64,000 bases of DNA from Sulfolobales archaeon (GTDB lineage: Archaea; Thermoproteota; Thermoprotei_A; Sulfolobales; AG1), in assembly GCA_038867615.1 (NCBI GenBank), contig JAWBYA010000001.1:448001-512000 (forward strand), in the 5' to 3' direction. A model generated the notes under the pieces. The model ran no database searches, was not told the origin of the DNA, and saw nothing but the letters and a program-made list of their open reading frames with translations. The translations under genes and the position numbers were made by a program. Shown piece by piece: positions 61,112 through 64,000 of this stretch (its first letter is position 1; the number at the start of each line of letters is the position of its first letter).

Positions 61112-62293
61112 GTGTATAGAGTCTCGACACGCTACGAGGCTTCTCCGAGGTATTTGGGTTTAGCCCTTGCATCTCTATCCTTCTTCTCAACGCTTCTTCT
61201 AAGGATATATTGGGGATCTCTAGCCCCGTATCTAATTTCTCGCGGGGTTGGTGAGGAGCTGATTGGTCTTGTTGGGAGTGCTTTCTTCGCTGGATACGTG
61301 GTCTCCCAAATTCCCGGAGGTATTCTGGGCGATAGGAAGGGTCCCGGGTTTGCTATGGGTATTGGGCTTGTACTCTCGGGTTTTTTCAACACTCTCTTCT
61401 ATCTAGTGGATCGTGGGTTCTGGGTTTGGGTCTCTCTAGCAGTTGGTCTTCTCTCCGGTACTGTTTATGGACCCTCTGTAAAGCTTGTCAAGACCCTCTT
61501 TCCCCAGAATACTGAGAGGGCTATGGGGGTCTATAGTGTTGCGTGGTCTCTTCCCTTTCTCACTGCTCCGTGGCTTGTCTCTGGTGTTGTGGGGAGTGGT
61601 GATCCTGGCTATGTCCATATGGTCGTTGGGCTTCTATGCGTCTCTGTAGGGATAGCTGATCTTGTTCTCTTAAGAGGGGTTGGTGCGAGGGATCCTGGCC
61701 AGGTTCTAGGCGATCTTGTATCGACTCTATGGCGTTATAGAGGGTCTCTCGTTTTTGTAAGCCTTGGTGGTTTCCTAACCCTGTATTATAACTGGGTTAT
61801 AGCTTATTGGACGCCCTATTATATTGTTCTCTCAGGCTCTAGCACTATAGAGGCGTCTCTCGCCATGAGCGTCTTCTCCATAGCAGGCTTGGTCTCAATG
61901 CCTCTAGCAGGGATCCTGGCATCGAGGCTGGGTGTTATGAGGCTCTTGGTTATAGATCTTTTCTTCTACTCAGCATCAGGGATCCTTTTATCCAGATATC
62001 CCTCAGGCTCGCTACTCATCCCCCTAATGACTATCCTGGGTTTTACCAGGTTTGTTACAACACCTCTTAACTCAACAATACTCTCAATGATCTTCCCGCG
62101 ATCAGTGCTCTCAACAGCATCCTCCCTAGTGAATACCTTCTGGCAGCTGAGCGGTGCAGCAGCACCAATCATAACAGCATTATCACTAAAAACAACGAGT
62201 CCTGGAAACGCCATGCTGATCTCGTCACTAGCGCCCCTCTTAGCAACGATCCCATACTCGCTCTTGGCTAGAAGAGTCGGTCGCGGAGGCTAG
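61112..62293 (+). CDS. MFS transporter
   Basis: QIPGGILGDRKG, 12 TM helices. Confidence 0.88.
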   Translation: MYRVSTRYEASPRYLGLALASLSFFSTLLLRIYWGSLAPYLISRGVGEELIGLVGSAFFAGYVVSQIPGGILGDRKGPGFAMGIGLVLSGFFNTLFYLVDRGFWVWVSLAVGLLSGTVYGPSVKLVKTLFPQNTERAMGVYSVAWSLPFLTAPWLVSGVVGSGDPGYVHMVVGLLCVSVGIADLVLLRGVGARDPGQVLGDLVSTLWRYRGSLVFVSLGGFLTLYYNWVIAYWTPYYIVLSGSSTIEASLAMSVFSIAGLVSMPLAGILASRLGVMRLLVIDLFFYSASGILLSRYPSGSLLIPLMTILGFTRFVTTPLNSTILSMIFPRSVLSTASSLVNTFWQLSGAAAPIITALSLKTTSPGNAMLISSLAPLLATIPYSLLARRVGRGG

Positions 62294-62420
62294 CATTAAC
62301 ATCTTAGATCCACCATGCTTAGCATCGACGTCGGTTTTAAATTAAGATTATCAAAGATCCTGGGGATCCTCGGCTATTGATTTATAAGCTTTTACCTAGA
62401 TTTATCAGTGGTGATCATGG

Positions 62421-62705
62421 GTGGTTTATGATATCGTTTTAACAGCAATCGGCGTTATCGTTCTCCTCGCCGGGCTGGCTATGTTTGCTATGAAGAAGAG
62501 CGGGTGGATGCTAGCCGTAGCAGTAGGCGCCCTATGGCTCCTCGCCATGGGGATCTATGCTGCTTACAAAGCCAGCGGTTTCTATGGTCCCGTGGGTCTT
62601 GCCGCTGGGAGTGCTGGTCCTCTTGTGACAACGATTATCGGCTTCCTGATCTTCTTCCTCGGTGTTGGGGCGTTTCTATATGTTATGAGAAAACGTAGGG
62701 GGTGA
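62421..62705 (+). CDS. Small membrane protein
   Basis: Three TM helices; overlaps the next gene. Confidence 0.65.
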   Translation: MVYDIVLTAIGVIVLLAGLAMFAMKKSGWMLAVAVGALWLLAMGIYAAYKASGFYGPVGLAAGSAGPLVTTIIGFLIFFLGVGAFLYVMRKRRG

Positions 62706-63550
62706 TCATGGTGGCGATCGCTGCTAGAGGTATCTGGGGGGTTAGTATTGTAATAGCGATCCTGTTTGTAGCCCTCTTCATATACATAGCCTATGATATC
62801 GTTAGCAAGGGTATAGGGCCTGATAAGGCCTCAACATGGCTTGTAACACAGCCCTTCGTGGTGCTTGGGAGGGATTTCTGGTTCGCCATAGCAGGGATCC
62901 TATGGATCGTGGGGACAGTGATCTTCGCCCTAGAGATTAGTGGTAGGACTATAACTAGGAGGGGCATTGTTAAGGTTGATCTCAGATGGGATGCTGTAGA
63001 CGTATCAGTAACGGCTCTAACAGCAGCACTATATGGTGGAGCATTGGCAGCCACTGGAGGGATCCCGATAATCCCCGGCTTCACGTGGGTGAGGCCTGGC
63101 AATGCACTAGCACCTCTCTTCGGCATGCTCTTCGGAGTCCCGGGAGCCCTTGGAACGTCTATAGGTAACTTTATAGCAGACGCCCTGACGGGGTATCTGA
63201 GCATTGGGAGTATTGGGGGCTTTATAGGTAACTTCATAATAGCATGGGTTCCGTATAAGTTTATGAGGGATCATAGCTTTAGGAGTCCGAGAAGCCTTAT
63301 AGAGTACTACATATGGGGAGGCGTTATAAGCTCTATCTGGTGCTCTCTCTACATCTCATGGTGGCTAGATCTATTAGAGCCGGTGATAGGGCTTCCAAGA
63401 GCCCTTGTATGGGGATGGTTCGCGCCATGGGTTATATTCAACAACGCTGTGGTTACAACGACACTCACACCGATACTTGGATACCTGCTATACCAGCCGA
63501 TAAAGATGAGGGGTCTCTACTGGAAGGATAGGATCAGATTCGCATCCTAG
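62702..63550 (+). CDS. ECF transporter S-component (QueT-like) with N-terminal TM extension
   Basis: ALTAALY, VRPGNAL, LFGVPGALG...GNFIAD. Confidence 0.75.
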   Translation: MIMVAIAARGIWGVSIVIAILFVALFIYIAYDIVSKGIGPDKASTWLVTQPFVVLGRDFWFAIAGILWIVGTVIFALEISGRTITRRGIVKVDLRWDAVDVSVTALTAALYGGALAATGGIPIIPGFTWVRPGNALAPLFGMLFGVPGALGTSIGNFIADALTGYLSIGSIGGFIGNFIIAWVPYKFMRDHSFRSPRSLIEYYIWGGVISSIWCSLYISWWLDLLEPVIGLPRALVWGWFAPWVIFNNAVVTTTLTPILGYLLYQPIKMRGLYWKDRIRFAS

Positions 63551-63571
63551 CCAGGGGCGTGTAGAGGCTCA

Positions 63572-64000
63572 ATGGGGCTTGTGGGTGTTAGGGGGCGCAT
63601 ACTAACACTGGATCCCGAGAAACCTTTTTTCAAGGACGGGCTTGTGATTTTTGATCAGGATGGCTATATAGTGGATGTAACGGATCTCGAGGATGGTAAG
63701 AAGTACTCGCCAGAGATAATTATTGGTAGTGAGAAGAGCATAGTGACCCCGGGGCTTGTCAATACCCATAACCACATCCCTATGTATCTATTCAGAGGGA
63801 TCGGGCTTAACCTCACAGGCCTAGAATGGCTCAAAAAGATCTGGTCCATGGAAGCGTGTCTAAAACCATGGCATATATACTGGGGAGCACTTGCAGGGAT
63901 AGCAGAGCTCCTCATAACAGGCACAACACTCTTCGGAGATATGTATTTCTACGAAGAGGAGGTGGCTAGAGCAAGCAAGGATGCGGGTATAAGGGCATCC
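63572..64000 (+). CDS. Amidohydrolase (MTA/SAH deaminase-like), 3' truncated by window
   Basis: PGLVNTHNH, FRG and GTTLFGDMYF. Confidence 0.88.
   Translation, partial: MGLVGVRGRILTLDPEKPFFKDGLVIFDQDGYIVDVTDLEDGKKYSPEIIIGSEKSIVTPGLVNTHNHIPMYLFRGIGLNLTGLEWLKKIWSMEACLKPWHIYWGALAGIAELLITGTTLFGDMYFYEEEVARASKDAGIRAS

Noticed and set aside
2575-63924. Many 60-240 aa antisense or alternate-frame ORFs in the ORF track
   Set aside because: They overlap well-supported genes and show shadow-ORF composition.

Overview
Chromosomal window from a crenarchaeon (Thermoproteota, probably Desulfurococcales/Sulfolobales-like). The assignment rests on PAN, PAC2, a split-TGT PUA protein, a Sulfolobales-type CRISPR repeat and archaeal TATA promoters. 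Bases ~2.6-37.4 kb form a cell-surface island: a MacB/FtsX-type ABC operon, a ~21 kb glycan cluster (flippase, GT4/GT2 enzymes, pyruvyltransferase, methyltransferases, two dTMP-kinase-like proteins, a nucleotidyltransferase and an AT-rich core) and a MoxR/DUF58/DUF4350/DUF1616 operon. Next come a protoglobin-MarR pair between two divergent, cas-less CRISPR relics, tRNA-Gly(GCC), MFS, HIT, a TRAP-TAXI transporter, proteasome genes, further GTs, an ABC-ATPase plus small nuclease pair, and an ECF S-component with an amidohydrolase. The most striking signal is a ~350 bp protein-free mobile element. It has two intact copies (1143-1488, 44335-44686) and two decayed ones (~39334-39540, ~43368-43490). 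It is bounded by GG/CC dinucleotides as in IS607 and carries its own TATA box. It appears to encode only a structured RNA with three kink-turns, resembling a TnpB omega-RNA, which would read out into host DNA. All four copies lie antisense to the gene they interrupt or follow. Family names come from motif recognition by eye; no database searches were run.
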